Made by a program: the position numbers and the translations under genes
The notes under the pieces: model-generated
Database searches by the model: none
Told to the model about the DNA's origin: nothing
What the model saw: only the letters and a program-made list of their open reading frames with translations
From: Spironucleus salmonicida
Taxonomy: Eukaryota
Length of the DNA: 64,000 bases
NCBI RefSeq assembly: GCF_000497125.1
Contig: NC_090601.1
Span: 1,178,001-1,242,000 of the forward strand
Direction of reading: 5' to 3'
In this document: piece after piece, positions 37,850-51,272 of the stretch
Position numbering within the stretch: the stretch's first letter is position 1
How the letters are laid out: each line of letters opens with the position of its first letter

Positions 37850-39892
37850 ATGGAGTCAATTTAATTCTTTTCGACGCCTACAGATGATAAATTTTTTATT
37901 TTAACCCTGCGTGGTATGGTGTATCTAGTATTTTTAGATAGTCTTTATTAGCTACCTTATTATTATATTTAATTTGATACTTTATAAGAGTCGTTATTGT
38001 TTTGTGTTACGCTCTAATCAATTATAGTTACTTAGGCAAATTTTTTACTTGGGGTAGAAAGACAAAACTCTTAGTCTTCGTATCTCCTTGCTACATGCAA
38101 ACAAGTTAATTCTGTATTTTAAGTAACAGATATCTTCAAGCTATCTTTTAAGACTAAACGACCACATCAAGTATTTTCAGAAGAATTAGTTAACATTTTG
38201 TTAATAAAGCCTGAATTCTATATCATTCAGGATAACCTATTTCCATTAGAATTTGAGGTAAATAATTTTTTAAAGCAACCATTTGATTAAATAGATATTA
38301 ACTTATATAGTCTTTACTTAGGTAAGCTTACAAATTGCATCACTATAAAAAATTAAAGATAAGAACTATTTATGGAACGCAAACTTGACTTCAATTTCAA
38401 TTTATTAGAGATTTCTACAAATATGAAAATTTGTTAAGATAAGTAGCTTATTTTACTCAATAATTAAATACAGTTACCAAATTCTGGTCCCTTTAAATTA
38501 TTATAAAGACTCTCAAATATATTAAAATTAGACACTAATATCTTTACAAATGATATTTTCTCAGCAGAATTGGCTGGTTTTATTTGCTCTAAAGTGGCAC
38601 AGTTAAAAGTACTTTTTGAGTAACAGTCTTAATTAGATATATAATATCAGTTTTATTATGTTCCAATTTCATCTGAAATACCAATATTAATAAAAGAAAT
38701 AAACTAGCTAAAAGTTTCATTTAAAAATTTTGAGAGACGTGTTTTCATGACTCCTTAGCTATGTAAAATTAATCAATTAATTATCTAGAATAATGATAAT
38801 ATAGGAAAAATCAGTATTTATTTCGGAGTTTAAATATCCGATCTATAATTAGTTTTCTCTGGTAACTTAAATAGCAGTTATATTCAGAATTTTAATATTA
38901 CAATTAATGACAAGGTTACTAACTTCTTGATTATTGATAGTAATTCATCTAATTATGATATTTTGGGGATTGGAGAAACTATACAACGCAGATTTGGGTT
39001 TACAGAAGTTTAAAAATCTTTAGAAATTAGTACTATAGATATGAAAAATACTACTATTATTGATACTAATTTACCTAAATTAGAATCTCCATAAACTCCT
39101 GTTAGCATCAATTCATTAAATAAATCAGTTTTTTATACAGGAGATTTAGAATTAAAAATCAATTGTAAATAATGTATATAATAAGAAATTTTATGTATTA
39201 ATGCATAGAAGAATATAGAAAATAGTCTTTATGATTCTAAATTATTACATATTTTCGGATTTAACTTGATATCAGGAGGTGCTTCGATACTAAATAATCT
39301 CCTATGTAGTGAAGGTTTTGAGGTAAAAACTAACTCTCCTCTGACTTTTTAAATAGCATCAATATATGATATTTTTGATGCTGAAATTTTGACTTCAAAT
39401 AAAGTATTCATGAATGGTTAAGAAAGTAATAAATTAGACTAAATTAACTAGTTATTAACTGTTGAGGTATGGCCCGAAAATGATGTTATTAAAATTTCAA
39501 ACATGATTTTTTCGAAGTGTTAAAGTAATGTTTTATAAACTATAATTAAAAATAAATAAAAATCTGTTCCAGTGTTAATTCAACATCAAGGAATAGAAAA
39601 AAATGGAAAGATACAAATCCGGTTAAAGCGATACTCTATCGTGACTGTCCTAGATTTTAAAATATAATAATAATAGAAAGTCTAAATTGAATTTCTGAAA
39701 GATTCTGAAGGCCGTGGATTCAGTTTTTTAGAACATGGTCCAAGCGGGAACGAAAAATTTGAAATTTCATAAGTGCACGAAATAACTGTGTTAACAAGCG
39801 GTAAGTATGAGTTACGACCGCCTGTACGTAGTCGAAGATTTAATATAATTGGTGCTTCTTAGGTGCAAATTTTCGGCTGTGAAGAGAAATGA
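37850..39892 (+). CDS. Hypothetical protein, 680 aa
   Basis: ATG and TGA in the same frame; no recognised motif. Confidence 0.75.
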
Positions 39893-40079
39893 TGTCAATT
39901 AGATTTATGCACAGTAGTGTATTCAAGATTTTATATAACATCCTAGATATCATTAAAGTATATAGTTTTAACAATTCAAGGCTTGTTAAACATATATTCA
40001 TTCTATAATTATTTAGATATTTGTAAAAAAAATTATTTGCATTTAAAAATAATCATAATTCCAACACAAATAATAATAA

Positions 40080-40874
40080 ATATAGTTATACATGGACCGC
40101 AATAAAAAATAGTATTAAGTTTTGTTTCCTCAGCTGATTACTAAAAATTCTCAGCCCATTTTATACAAAATTATTCATATTTGAAACCTCAGTTAGCACT
40201 TATTATGGATTATTTTCCTATTTTTCTAAAGTACTTCAGATATATACTACAACTATCTGTTTTCTTATCATAAGTTGAACAGTTGTCCTACTGACAAAAC
40301 TTGCACTAACGTAATTATCCAATATATCAAGATTTTATTTCGCTATATATGTAAACTTATCCTTAATCACTATAAGAGGAACGCTAGCATTAGCATTATC
40401 CATTTCTATCAAGTTAAAAACCACCATAAGACGTCTCACAGTATTATTTAGATTCACAATATTAACAAGTCTTTAAACATTTCGTACATCTATTATGTTC
40501 TAAATCACAATAAAAGTATGGATATTTACAATCATCACTAATATTAGAAGCGGTTGGGATATAAAATTATCTGTTACTCTCAAAACCTTCATCACATATG
40601 ATCCATCTATTCATATTACACTATAAGCAATTACTTAAGTGTTTGATATATCTATTATTTTTAATATATTAACCAGTATGAAATTTTGACCTTTTTTAAT
40701 TACTGCACATCTAACATCCATAATAGGTAACCATGGCGTGCGGTTACAAAATTATTCAGGTTCAGATTAATCTGATCATTTTGTACATGATTATTGTTTA
40801 TTTATGTGGTCTTCTATATTGTAAAATCTTTATGCATGTCATAAATAAATGCCAAGTGAGCATATAGTCGTCAT
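40080..40874 (-). pseudogene. Degenerate cysteine-rich membrane protein (3' boundary approximate)
   Basis: MTTICSLG then an early TGA; internal CKYPYFYCDLEHNRCTKCLKTCQYCESKQYC..GFQL..GQC parallels the intact 16403 gene; frame breaks and lost Cys residues. Confidence 0.65.
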
Positions 40875-41166
40875 TTTACAAAAAAGTTTCTGTAATAGAT
40901 ATCTTATATATACTAAATATTTTAGTTTTGAACTAGTTAATTATTTAGTAAATTAGATGAGATTAGCAATAAATTAGAATTACATAAATTGGTTATTAGA
41001 ATAAATCCTACCCATGTTGAAACAATAATTTTGAATTAAGTATGTTGATCCCAATCTGGTTTTGTTTTTATACACATAAAATTAATCAATGTTAATGATA
41101 ATGTCTATTTTTTGTTTATTTAAGTTCCTGTATGACCTGCTGGTCGAGTGAGGTTTCCGCTCCACA

Positions 41167-41388
41167 ATGAACGTCCTGCAGCAGTCGCTTCTGGAGGCTA
41201 GGCAGCAGCTGGCACACCTCGCCCTGGGCGCCCCCGTGCCGGTGCTGCTGCCCCCGGACCTCGCGCGCCGCCAGGACCAGCTCGTGGCGGCCTTCAACGC
41301 GACGGCGGCGCGGGCGGAGGTGGCGCTGGCCACGCGCTACCAGCAGGTGCTGCGCGGGCGCGAGGCGGCGCTGTCCGGGAGCGAGTGA
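41167..41388 (+). CDS. Hypothetical protein, 73 aa (copy 2)
   Basis: Same translation as 31916-32137. Confidence 0.7.
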   Translation: MNVLQQSLLEARQQLAHLALGAPVPVLLPPDLARRQDQLVAAFNATAARAEVALATRYQQVLRGREAALSGSE

Positions 41389-41418
41389 GCGGTTGCCCTA
41401 CACCCTACGCGGCCACAA

Positions 41419-42378
41419 ATGTTCAGGCCCCTCGCCATCGCCTCGCTCGCGCTCCTCGCGGTATCGCAGTCCGTGCGCCGCCAGCTGCGCCAGCCCGACT
41501 CCGCGGACCCCGTGCAGCCCCCCGAGAGCGCCGCCCCGGACGCGTTCCTGGAACCCGCGGGCCTCCGCCAGCAGACCCTGGACCGCCTCGCGTGCTACCT
41601 GCGCCACTACTCGCTCGGGTCCTGCGGGCCGCGCGGCTTCCTGGGCACCTTCGCCGCGCACGTGCAGCTCGAGATGGCGCTGGAGCGGCTCCACGGGCTG
41701 CCCTGCGTGCTCTACAGCTGCTCCAGCACCGCCGTGCAGAGCGCGCTCGGGGCGTGCGGCTGCGACACCGTGCTACTGCAGCCCGGCAGCTCCCCCAACC
41801 TCGCCCGCTGCGCCGAGACCCAGCGCGCGGTGGGCCTGGACCTGGCCGGGCTCGGGGCGCTCGCGCCGGAGGCCTTCGCCGCGGAGATGGCGGCCCTGCG
41901 CTGCAAGCTGGCCGGCGCGCGCCCCTTCCTGGCGGTGGACTCGCACCGCTTCGAGGCGGGCTTCCCGGTGCCCGCGGACCTGCTGCTCGCGAAGCGCGTG
42001 GGGGCGGCGCTGGGGGTGCGCGTGCTGCTGAACAACCTGATGGCGCCGCTGCAGCCGGAGCTGGGGAACTTCGACCTCGTGGCGGGCTGCTTCCACGCGG
42101 CGTACGGGGTCTCGTGCGGCTTCGTATGCGGCAGCCGCCTGCTGGTGGAGAACCAGCGCTACGGCGGCCTCGGGTACTGCTTCAGCGCCAGCGCCCCGCC
42201 CGCCCTCGTGCAGGTGCTGCTGGACCTGGTGCGCGACCGCGCCCGCCTGGAGGCCAACTGCGCCGAGCTGCGCGCCCGGGGCCTCGAGGTGGAGGGCTTC
42301 TACGCCAGGAACGCGGGGCGCGTGCTGCGCGTGCGGCAGGAGTGGGGCGGCCCCGAGCTGGACCGCGCGTGCGAGTGA
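41419..42378 (+). CDS. LCB1: Serine palmitoyltransferase subunit 1 (LCB1)-like, 319 aa (copy 2)
   Basis: Same motifs; differs from copy 1 by L2F and S>A in LDL(S/A)GL. Confidence 0.85.
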   Translation: MFRPLAIASLALLAVSQSVRRQLRQPDSADPVQPPESAAPDAFLEPAGLRQQTLDRLACYLRHYSLGSCGPRGFLGTFAAHVQLEMALERLHGLPCVLYSCSSTAVQSALGACGCDTVLLQPGSSPNLARCAETQRAVGLDLAGLGALAPEAFAAEMAALRCKLAGARPFLAVDSHRFEAGFPVPADLLLAKRVGAALGVRVLLNNLMAPLQPELGNFDLVAGCFHAAYGVSCGFVCGSRLLVENQRYGGLGYCFSASAPPALVQVLLDLVRDRARLEANCAELRARGLEVEGFYARNAGRVLRVRQEWGGPELDRACE

Positions 42379-42436
42379 GGGACGTTCTTGGCTCACTCGG
42401 AGTACCACGCGGGGTATTTACGCGACACAGTCAACC

Positions 42437-42730
42437 TCACTCGACAAACTCGAAGCCCTCGCCCAGGAAGCCGCCGCGGTGACGCGCGTCCTGCGTGAAG
42501 GGCCGGAAGGGCTCCGTCTGGCCCCAGGCGCACTGCAGCTGGCGTCCCATGCCGCGGTGCGGGACGAAGCACACGTGGAAGGAGCGGTCCGTCTGGCGGT
42601 CGAAGGAGGGCGCGGGGCGGTGGCCGCCGAAGGCCTGCACCTCGGGCGGCGGCAGGGGGCGCCTGCGGTAGTGGCGGGAGATGGCGGTGTTGCAGGCGTA
42701 GGACTTGGCCGTGGAGAACTGGTCGCGCAT
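42437..42730 (-). CDS. Hypothetical protein, 97 aa (copy 2)
   Basis: Copy of 30574-30867 with one S>G change. Confidence 0.75.
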   Translation of the reverse strand: MRDQFSTAKSYACNTAISRHYRRRPLPPPEVQAFGGHRPAPSFDRQTDRSFHVCFVPHRGMGRQLQCAWGQTEPFRPFTQDARHRGGFLGEGFEFVE

Positions 42731-42750
42731 TGCGGTGGAGTGGTGCCGCC

Positions 42751-43137
42751 TCAGATTATGAATACCTTGCCCCGCGGCAGGCTCTGTCCGAACACCTCCA
42801 CGCTCGCGGACCCCGTGAGGCTGGGAGCGTGGCCGGCTCGGGGCGCTGCGGGGAGGGACCGGCCCAGGCGGACGATACCGGACTGCGCCTGGAGCACCCG
42901 CTCCTGGGGGACGTGCTCGGGCTGCTTCGGCGCGCGGTGCCTGCGGTTCAGGCAGAAGACGACGCAGCACGCGCCCACGCCCAGGACCAGCACAGCACCG
43001 CCGGCGGCCAGGCCCAGTGCCAGGTCGCGCCTGAGCACGCATGCACCGCTGGTGTCGCAGAGGTAGAAGACGTTGCAGTTGCACTGCACTTGGTTTTGGG
43101 GCCGGGCCTAGTATGCGACGAACTGGGCCGACTGCAT
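42751..43137 (-). CDS. Small Cys-motif single-pass membrane protein, 128 aa (copy 2)
   Basis: Copy of 30167-30553. Confidence 0.8.
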
Positions 43138-43262
43138 TTTGAATAATTAGGGAAGTGGAATACCGCATACAGAGGTATATACGGCGGTATTCGCGAAAGT
43201 ATATATTGGGCGCAAAATAGTAACACCGCCGCCCAACACCTGCAAAGCTCCCGGACCTGCGC

Positions 43263-43559
43263 TCAGAGTATGAACATCTCCGGAATTGTACTCGTCTGTA
43301 TTACCGTTATGTTCCCCGCTCTACCTTTCCATAGCGCTGCAGAGTTTTTGCGCTACTAGACTTTCTGCTAATTTTTAAATTGTTAAGGTAAATCTTAATG
43401 AAAATATGGTGGTCTAAAACAAAATGTACAAGTAGCGGCTCCTAAAAAGATGAGAACTAGAGTTATAGAAATTGCTACAATTATAGTAAGCTATGTATTC
43501 AGTTAACATTTATTATTTTAACACATTTGAAACACTGTACATGTTATTATGCAAGACAT
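43263..43559 (-). CDS. Small Cys-motif single-pass membrane protein, 98 aa; tandem paralog of the 128-aa gene
   Basis: MSCIITCTVFQMCQNNKCQL..TM..STIPEMFIL*; last 9 codons and the stop lie inside the inverted repeat. Confidence 0.78.
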
Positions 43560-43930
43560 TATTTAAATTTTTATAGGCATTATATTATAATTACATAATA
43601 TATTGATAATGCTAAGTATCTATAGTATTAATATATAATATAATACAAACGATAATGTCACTTTACTAAGAGTAATATTCTATTAGTTTTAAATTTTAAG
43701 TATTTTACTATGTATATATACTATATATGCGTATATATAAATTGATAGAAGGAAACACTCATATTTTAAAATTATTAAATTATTAACTATAGAAACAATT
43801 AAACCTACCAATATACTAAAATTTGTCTAGGTCTTTAGCTCTAAACTTAATCCATATCATTATTAAATTAATAATATTCTATTGATTCTGCTAATAAACT
43901 TACAAACTAGAAATTATGTATTTTAAAAAA

Positions 43931-45601
43931 TCAGACAATCATCTTCATCTTTCTCTTAGCCTTTTATTATGCCATTACTTTTACTTTCTTTGTAACCATA
44001 ATATACTTACATGGGTATTTACAACCATATAATAGACTAAAGCTTGCAACGAAAATTGCAATAACAGTCAAAGTGAAAATCCACCAATGCTGACTAACCC
44101 AAGTTTTATAGTTATAGTTCCTAGTTTCAAAAGCAGCTTGTTAAGCTTGCTCTAATTATAATTCATCGCTAGAAATATACTAAAATGGAATGTATTATTT
44201 TTAATCAGCTACTACATTACGTTTAAATGAATATTTTGGTGATAATTTACTAGTAATATCTCCAGAACCTTCATATTCGACACCTAAAAACATATCAAAA
44301 GTATCCGCTGAACCAGTGTTTTTATAATTTTGCCAAGTAGTTGCATAACCACTTACTTCGCTTGCAGATGGGTCACAGAATTGTTTTGAAATGGCTATTA
44401 CTTTATTACCTCTTTTCATCACTAGATCAGCTGTAAATAAGCAATTTGCTAGCAATTTTGGTGTGATAAAAAGCACATTTTAAGAATTTCCAGTAAACTT
44501 CAACTAAACTTAATCTAATAGGTCATACTTTAAAAATTAAGAATTAAAATCAAAAATGAGCTGATTTTATCTGGATTTAATATAGACAAATGGAAGATTT
44601 GGCAAAGCTATGAAAACTCCTATAAACGGTATACATAATGCAGTTGCTGTCTCAATAGGAGCAACGTAGCCAGTAATATTATAATATGGCTTCTCAACGT
44701 ATAATTATGAAATCGTCTGATTACAATAAGGGAAATTTCGTTGTATTTAATCTAATGTTATTATAAACAAATCCTCTTGTGCGGAAATAAATGTAGTTGG
44801 ACTTACGACTGTCATAGAAATCTATAAAGTATTAGCTGTACCTGTATTAATTGCAAACTAATAATAAATATGTTCAATACTTGAAAAACGCAACGACAAA
44901 GCTGAGCCAGCTGCTTATATTGGTACATTACAATAACAATCAACTAATGCTGTGGGCCTTATATATAAATATGCATCAGTTTTAGTTAGTTCATATGATT
45001 TAATGCATGGTTGAGCACTTGTAATTTCAGTGAGATTATATTTCCGGCCTAAAAATTATAAGTATGCATATCTAATATTTTATGTAGTAGTTGTAGCTGG
45101 ATCAATAGAAATATTGAAATTAAGCTCAAATTATGTTGCTCTTGTTGTAATAATCAAATCATCTCCATTTATACCTAATCTTCTAATGAATACTCTATAA
45201 GAAATATCAGTGAAATTATACGGCTTGCAATCATAGTGTCTTGGAAACACTAAAAACTAATACAGTTTATCACCTACTAATCTTCTAGTCATTGCGTACG
45301 TACATTCAGGTGAATATTGAATTCCAACAATTTGAGTTTTACCATTAAGTGTCATATTCCCATAGATATGCGCTGATTTTATTTTAGTAAAATCTACCAT
45401 CCTAGTAAAATCAAATGATGTTAACTCAGTAGTAATAGTCATATTTTTAGAAACAAATTTCTATTCTTGTCCAGCATTTGTCACAAATATTATAGAAAGT
45501 TCTCCACGACTAGTAGTAGGGCAGTTTGTTACAAATGGTATAGGATTTGGACCAATAAACTCAACTACTGAAGGAAGAGTGCATTAAAAAACTAGAAACA
45601 T
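43931..45601 (-). CDS. Type I membrane protein of unknown function, 556 aa
   Basis: Hydrophobic N-terminus, C-terminal TM (WWIFTLTVIAIFVASFSLLYGC) and basic tail; joins ORFs 45257 and 44201. Confidence 0.82.
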
Positions 45602-46016
45602 TTTATTTAAAAGTTTGATGATATTTTATATTTAATAAAATTATACTATTTTTTAGTTTTTGATTATCTTAATTTATACTTAATACATAATTATTATCAT
45701 ATAGGTTTACCATTTATTATATATATTTATGTTACTTTAGAGTATTATAAAAACGCGCCAATTGTTCAACCAAATAAATTTATTATATAACATATCGCTA
45801 GCTGTAATCGGACAGATTACAATTACGATAATTGCCCTGGTTACTTCATCTATCTAAATTAACTACAATTTAAAATTTGCAGCTAATAATTTATTTCACG
45901 TATTATTAACGCTGTAAACCAGCTCTCACGATTTTCATAGATAATAAAGCACAATCAAGCTAAGATTTAAAAACTAATATCTCTTTTTACGCGCCGTAAA
46001 TTCTAAACCGCATTTT

Positions 46017-47540
46017 TCAAAGCTCACTCTCGTCAACAATACGCTCTAACTAAACAACCGTCTCAACATGCTCACATCCTGGAAACGCGTTAAACGCCTT
46101 AACACTACACACCCTAAATGGCATTGTTTCTTTCACTTTGCCACCGCTCAAAGCGCATAATTAGAACAGATCTTTTCCCAAACTCTTAGGATTGCAGCTA
46201 ACATACAAAATCTATTTCAGCGATCCGCCTCTCAGGCTTTTCAGCACTTTAGGATGAATACCGCTTCTAGGAGGGTCAATTACCACAAAATCAACATCCA
46301 GCAGCTCCAAATTGTCTTCAATGGCCCCGCACACGTACTTGATATGCTTAAAGTTTCTTGCTGCTGCAATCGATTCCTCGCAAATATCAATTCCAGTGAC
46401 CTCTATTTCTGGCCGCATTTGCTTAATTACAGCTCCAATCACACCGCTGCCGCAGCAGCAATCGAGCAAAGTTTTGGCGGAGCCCGAAATCTATTTTTAG
46501 ATATACTCGAAAATCTGCACCGCCGACGCAATATTCGACTGGAAAAACGAGTTTTCGTAAATCGTAAATTTCATGCCGAAAAGTTCTTGCTAAATTGAAG
46601 CTTGAAATGGATGAGTTTTTACGTCCAATCCGCAATTCAGTATTAACGATTTTAGCGCTGGGAACTTGGCCTACAATTCGTCGAGCGAAATCTCCTCATC
46701 TACGTCGATTTTAAGCAAAATCTCCTTGACTACAAATTCGTCTCCTACAACTTCGCCAGCACATCTGAAAACGATGTTTCCGCTGGCTGTTTCGCTCATT
46801 TTCCCTTCTAAATACTCACAAATGTCACTTACTTACTTTGCATGAATGCGCGTTTTTCGTGTCTCAGCTGCTGAAAATATGAACTTATCTTCGTTTTTCC
46901 TGCAGATTGCTCCAATTTTCTGCCCTTAAATCGCAAATTCTGACTTTGTGCGATAATTATAAAGAACGGGAGAATTGATGATTTCTGGCATTTGATAAAT
47001 AATTGACTTGTGATTATGATCTTGGAGATACTCTGGAGACTGTTTAAAATCTTACTGTTTTGCTGTGTTCGGCATCTTGTGAGTTGTCAGAGTTTGACCT
47101 TTTATGATGCGGACAAATTACGACTTTATCTGGTTGCGAATTTGGCGCTATTTTTGTAGAAGTTCGTCTTTATCATTTTCAGGACTGTAATATGGAGCAC
47201 AGAAAAACGCGGAAGATGGCGGAAATTGAACAGATTCTTCACTAGACTCGGTATCTTGCTATTTTGGCTGTTTTCTAGGTCTAATTATTTTTTCTGTTGG
47301 AACAAAATCTTCAAAAAGATTTGTCCTATATGGTTCGTTTTTGTAGTTCATTATGGTTTCTAATTTGGATTTGGCTTATTATGCAGATTCAAAATCTGCA
47401 AAAATAAGCTCGATGAACGCATTTTATGTAATATTGAATTAAATCTAAGAAGGATTTATTTCCTGTAATTGAAGTAACTACTTGAATTTGGAAGGTTTGA
47501 TAAATTTTCCAGGATTCAGAATGTGGAGTCCCGAAACCAT
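46017..47540 (-). CDS. TRM2: tRNA (uracil-5)-methyltransferase, TRM2/TrmA/RlmD family, 507 aa
   Basis: SFFQSN, LLDCCCGSGVIG, VIDPPRSG, YVSCNP, AFPGCEHVETVV. Confidence 0.9.
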
Positions 47541-47612
47541 TATATTATAGAAGTGAAAATTAATTTTAAACTGAAAATTATATCCTAATATTGATTATTA
47601 TTTTCCGCAAAA

Positions 47613-48719
47613 ATGGCATAGATTGATCCTGAATTTGGAGCAATCCGCGCCATATACTCTCCCGATGGTTCTGCTTATAAAGGTACATGGTTAAAAGCTC
47701 TTAGGCACGGTCGTGGTACGCATGTATATCCTTAAGGAGATGTTTACTCTGGAGAATGGAGATCAAATTAGCCATGTGGCTGGGGATGTCTGTATACAAG
47801 GATAGAACCTATTTTACCTGCAGATAAAAAATAAATTCCTGAATTTCCTGATGATGACACTACTCTTATTTTAACATATGCAGGAAATTGGGATAAAGGT
47901 CAAAGATAGGGATTTGGTCGGTATTTTTATAGCGAAAAGCAATTCTATGTTGGTTATTGGCATAAACGATTGAGGGAGGGTGCTGGATGCATGTTCTACG
48001 CTCCAGAAGTGGATAGAGAATCAATTTTGTATCAAGACTAAACTTGCACGTAAACTGTAGTACGTATAACATAAAAATCAAAAATTGAGCATTTTACAAC
48101 TGATCTAGGTTCTCTTTACATCGGAGCCTTTTCAAGAGATTTTAGAGAGGGTCCTGGTAGAGTTATTTTTGGGAATGGTGATATTTTTGTAGGTGAATTT
48201 CTAGACGGTGCAGCATAAGGTCCTGGAATAACATATTATGTTTAAAAGCATATTAAGTCTTAAGGTTTCTATGATTAAGGCCATTGTACCAGCTCATAGT
48301 CTTCTCAAGAATGGATAACAGAAGATTATAATTTAATTTGTCAAACATGGGCTCATCCATGTGGTGGTTATGCTAATTTGTCTATTTCCTGTTTTAAGTT
48401 CTTGTAAAAGTACTTCTAAACAGAAACAGCAAATTATAATGAATATTTTGTAGATGAAAGATTCTATAATGATGAGACAAAATACCCTTATAGTTTACGA
48501 CCTGATAGAGATTTTTCGGCATAGTCTATACCATAATTAGAAGGAATAGAAGATGTAGTTTAGCTTGCCTAATATCTTCCCATAAAAATGCAGGAATAAA
48601 TATCGGAAATAGCATCACTATTAAATTTGCCATTATAAGATAATGGTAGGACACTACCAAAAAACATGCTTATTGATCCTATTAGTGTGATGGTTGGTGA
48701 TGTTGGGAGCAAATAATGA
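47613..48719 (+). CDS. MORN-repeat protein, 368 aa
   Basis: YKGTWLKALRHGRG, YSGEWRSNQPCGWG, YAGNWDKGQRQGFG, YIGAFSRDFREGPG. Confidence 0.9.
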
Positions 48720-48801
48720 GTTGATTCAAATTATTATCTTTAATTAAGTTTTATTAAATTCAAATTTAGATATATTTATATAATATTTAGTATCTTTGTA
48801 A

Positions 48802-50484
48802 ATGAACATAATATCACAATTATTGAAAAATTAGCTAGAAAAATAATTTACATTATCCAACTTACAAATTGATATGAAATAAAAAATTTCTATTCTATAT
48901 CCAGCATATTTGGCAACTTATATCTCACAGCCATCGCATATTATTCTTTATCCTTAAAATACAATAAAATAAGCATTTCTTCTAAAGCATCCTTCTATTA
49001 TCAATATTTAGTAATTTAAATAGGTAGATATTGATGGAATGAAGAGCTAGGCTGCATTAGTTCCATTTATTTCTGATATCAATTTATAAGGTCCATCTCT
49101 TTTAATTGGTTTAAAATCTTTATTAGAAGCAGTTACATTTATATATTAAAATAATATGCAATTATCACAGTTTTCACTACATACTTTAAAACTTTAGCAA
49201 AATAAAATTGTATTTATTGCATTAGATACTATAACCTAAAATGGTCTTTCAGAATAATAACTATGTGACATAATAAAAACAGAGTTCTAAACATTGAAAT
49301 AATTGAAGATTATTTTCAATAGCACATTTGAAAAAACTTTGAATTAGCAATAACTGAAAACTGATTTATTTGAAATTATTAGTAATTTTTAAACTCCAGA
49401 TATTATTTAAAAAATATCATTTTTAAATTAATTAAATTTACTTTCTAAAACTTAATCTAATGAAGTTTTAGAGCAATTTATTTTAATACCGTTTTTTAAT
49501 GCTTTAAAATAAATGAAATAACCAACAGTTGACATGTTTACTACGTTTGCAAATTTAATTAATGCATCATTACCTAACTTGTAAGTCTAAATATTGGAAT
49601 ATTATTTTTAATAACTAATAAATTCACCTTCTCTATTGCAGTCAATAGCATCAATCAAAAATATTGAGAACTTTAATGATAATCATAAAAAGCCATTGCA
49701 GCATCTGTTAACCTGGGCATTTTCCAAAACAAATAATACATCATAAATATTAGAATTATAACTGCTGTGCAGTTAAATTTTTTCAAAAAATTGTGAGTAT
49801 TTAATAGAAAAGCATAATCAAAAATAGTTTTTTAATTCTATTTAAGCACTTTTATTAAGAACACAAAAATTATAAAATTACCACATTTCCTGGAATATTT
49901 GGATAGGCTTAATCAATTTAATAAAACTTTACGATAATTTGAGGTCTAAAAGTACGAATTTTGAAGAGATTCAATAGAATAACTTTACTGGATTATCAGA
50001 ATAAGTATTTATTGATTATTTTAAAACTGCATGCTTATAAAGTTTAAATGCATATGATTGTCCGGTTGCAGCTGTTTGTATGTGTAATAAGGAAACTATC
50101 AGTTTACTTAATTTACAAGATTTATTTTTATTTACTAATGCTCTTCATTAATAGTATAGCTTAGAAAATCTAGTGTATAGTGTCGATGAGAAAAGACGAG
50201 AATTAGGACAAAAGTTTGTTTCTATGCTTGATTTCAGAATTAAATAATTAGTTTAAGTAAAAGATAGTTAAGTTGTATTACAAGTTTAAAACTAAAATGA
50301 AAAGTTACTAGAGAATGTTATCATATAAAATTAGTATAAAGAGTTATAGTAAGTTGAGAAAACAACAGCATAAAATATCATTCTAAAAAATAATTAAGAC
50401 AAATGGGATGATACAGAAAGTGAATAGGAAGAAATAGTTATTAAATCGAAAAATAATATTTAGTGGGATGATTCAAGTGATTGA
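48802..50484 (+). CDS. SCY1-like (SCYL1/Cex1) pseudokinase with HEAT region, 560 aa
   Basis: LKHPSII, LIGLKSLLEAVTFI, helical centre, acidic WDD motifs at the C-terminus. Confidence 0.6.
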
Positions 50485-50776
50485 TAAAATGATATATCAG
50501 GATTCTAAATATCTTCTGCAATTTTATATTGATATCGTTTCTAAGCTTTAATACGATTTGAAGCAAATATTTTATTCAACCCATTCTTAGAGCTACTTTG
50601 CACACATAATTTATTTATGTTGCTTAGATGTAATTTATCATAATAAAATTACTACTTAATGTAATATTTCGATTTACTCCTTTTAGAGCTAAACATTCTG
50701 TATCAAGTAAAATAAACCATATTTTTCTATATTTTCTTAATATACATAATATATGATTATAGTAAATTAATGATAA

Positions 50777-51151
50777 ATGAACCCAATGGCTAAATCTTCA
50801 TAATTTGATATTTCTGTTGATGATTTATATACAAAATCATCTTTCAATACTCTAAGATCAGTATTCTAACCAGCAAACAATAATCAATAATTATTAGACA
50901 GAGGTATGTCAGACTGGCAGCCATGTTTTTCTGTTAATACGCCTCTTAAAATCAAGCATTCTAACTTTGAGAAATTTGATATTTTCTCACTAATTTGGAT
51001 TGCTTAACAGGGATTAGATGTGTTTGAACGTTACTAAGCACTTTCTTAGTTATAGAAAAGAGGCTGGATTTATTAAGAACAATTTGATTGGATTAACATT
51101 TAATAAAATATGGCATTAGATAGTTCAACTTGGTAATTGAAGAAAAAATGA
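50777..51151 (+). CDS. NOT2/NOT3/NOT5 C-terminal (NOT-box) protein, 124 aa
   Basis: FEKFDIFSLIWIA..ERYQALSQLQKRGWIY fits the NOT box. Confidence 0.68.
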
Positions 51152-51272
51152 TATATTCTTATTATTTTATGGTTATTTAATTCTAACAGTTACATTATTT
51201 TGAACCTACTCAATTTTTCCACTTTTTTATTTATATTGGCTTATAAAGTCAGTATATAAATCAACTTATAAT

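Larger units (their letters stand above)
41123..43292 (-). repeat. Right arm of 2170-bp inverted duplication (partner 30012-32181)
   Basis: Reverse complement of the left arm. Confidence 0.97.

Noticed and set aside
30012-43292. Polinton/Maverick or composite transposon (13.3 kb, long TIRs, AGT...ACT ends)
   Set aside because: No integrase, pPolB, ATPase or transposase recognised; no target-site duplication; host genes run across the right outer and left inner boundaries
45729-46013. Small ORFs on both strands downstream of TRM2
   Set aside because: No motif or codon-bias support; strand cannot be decided
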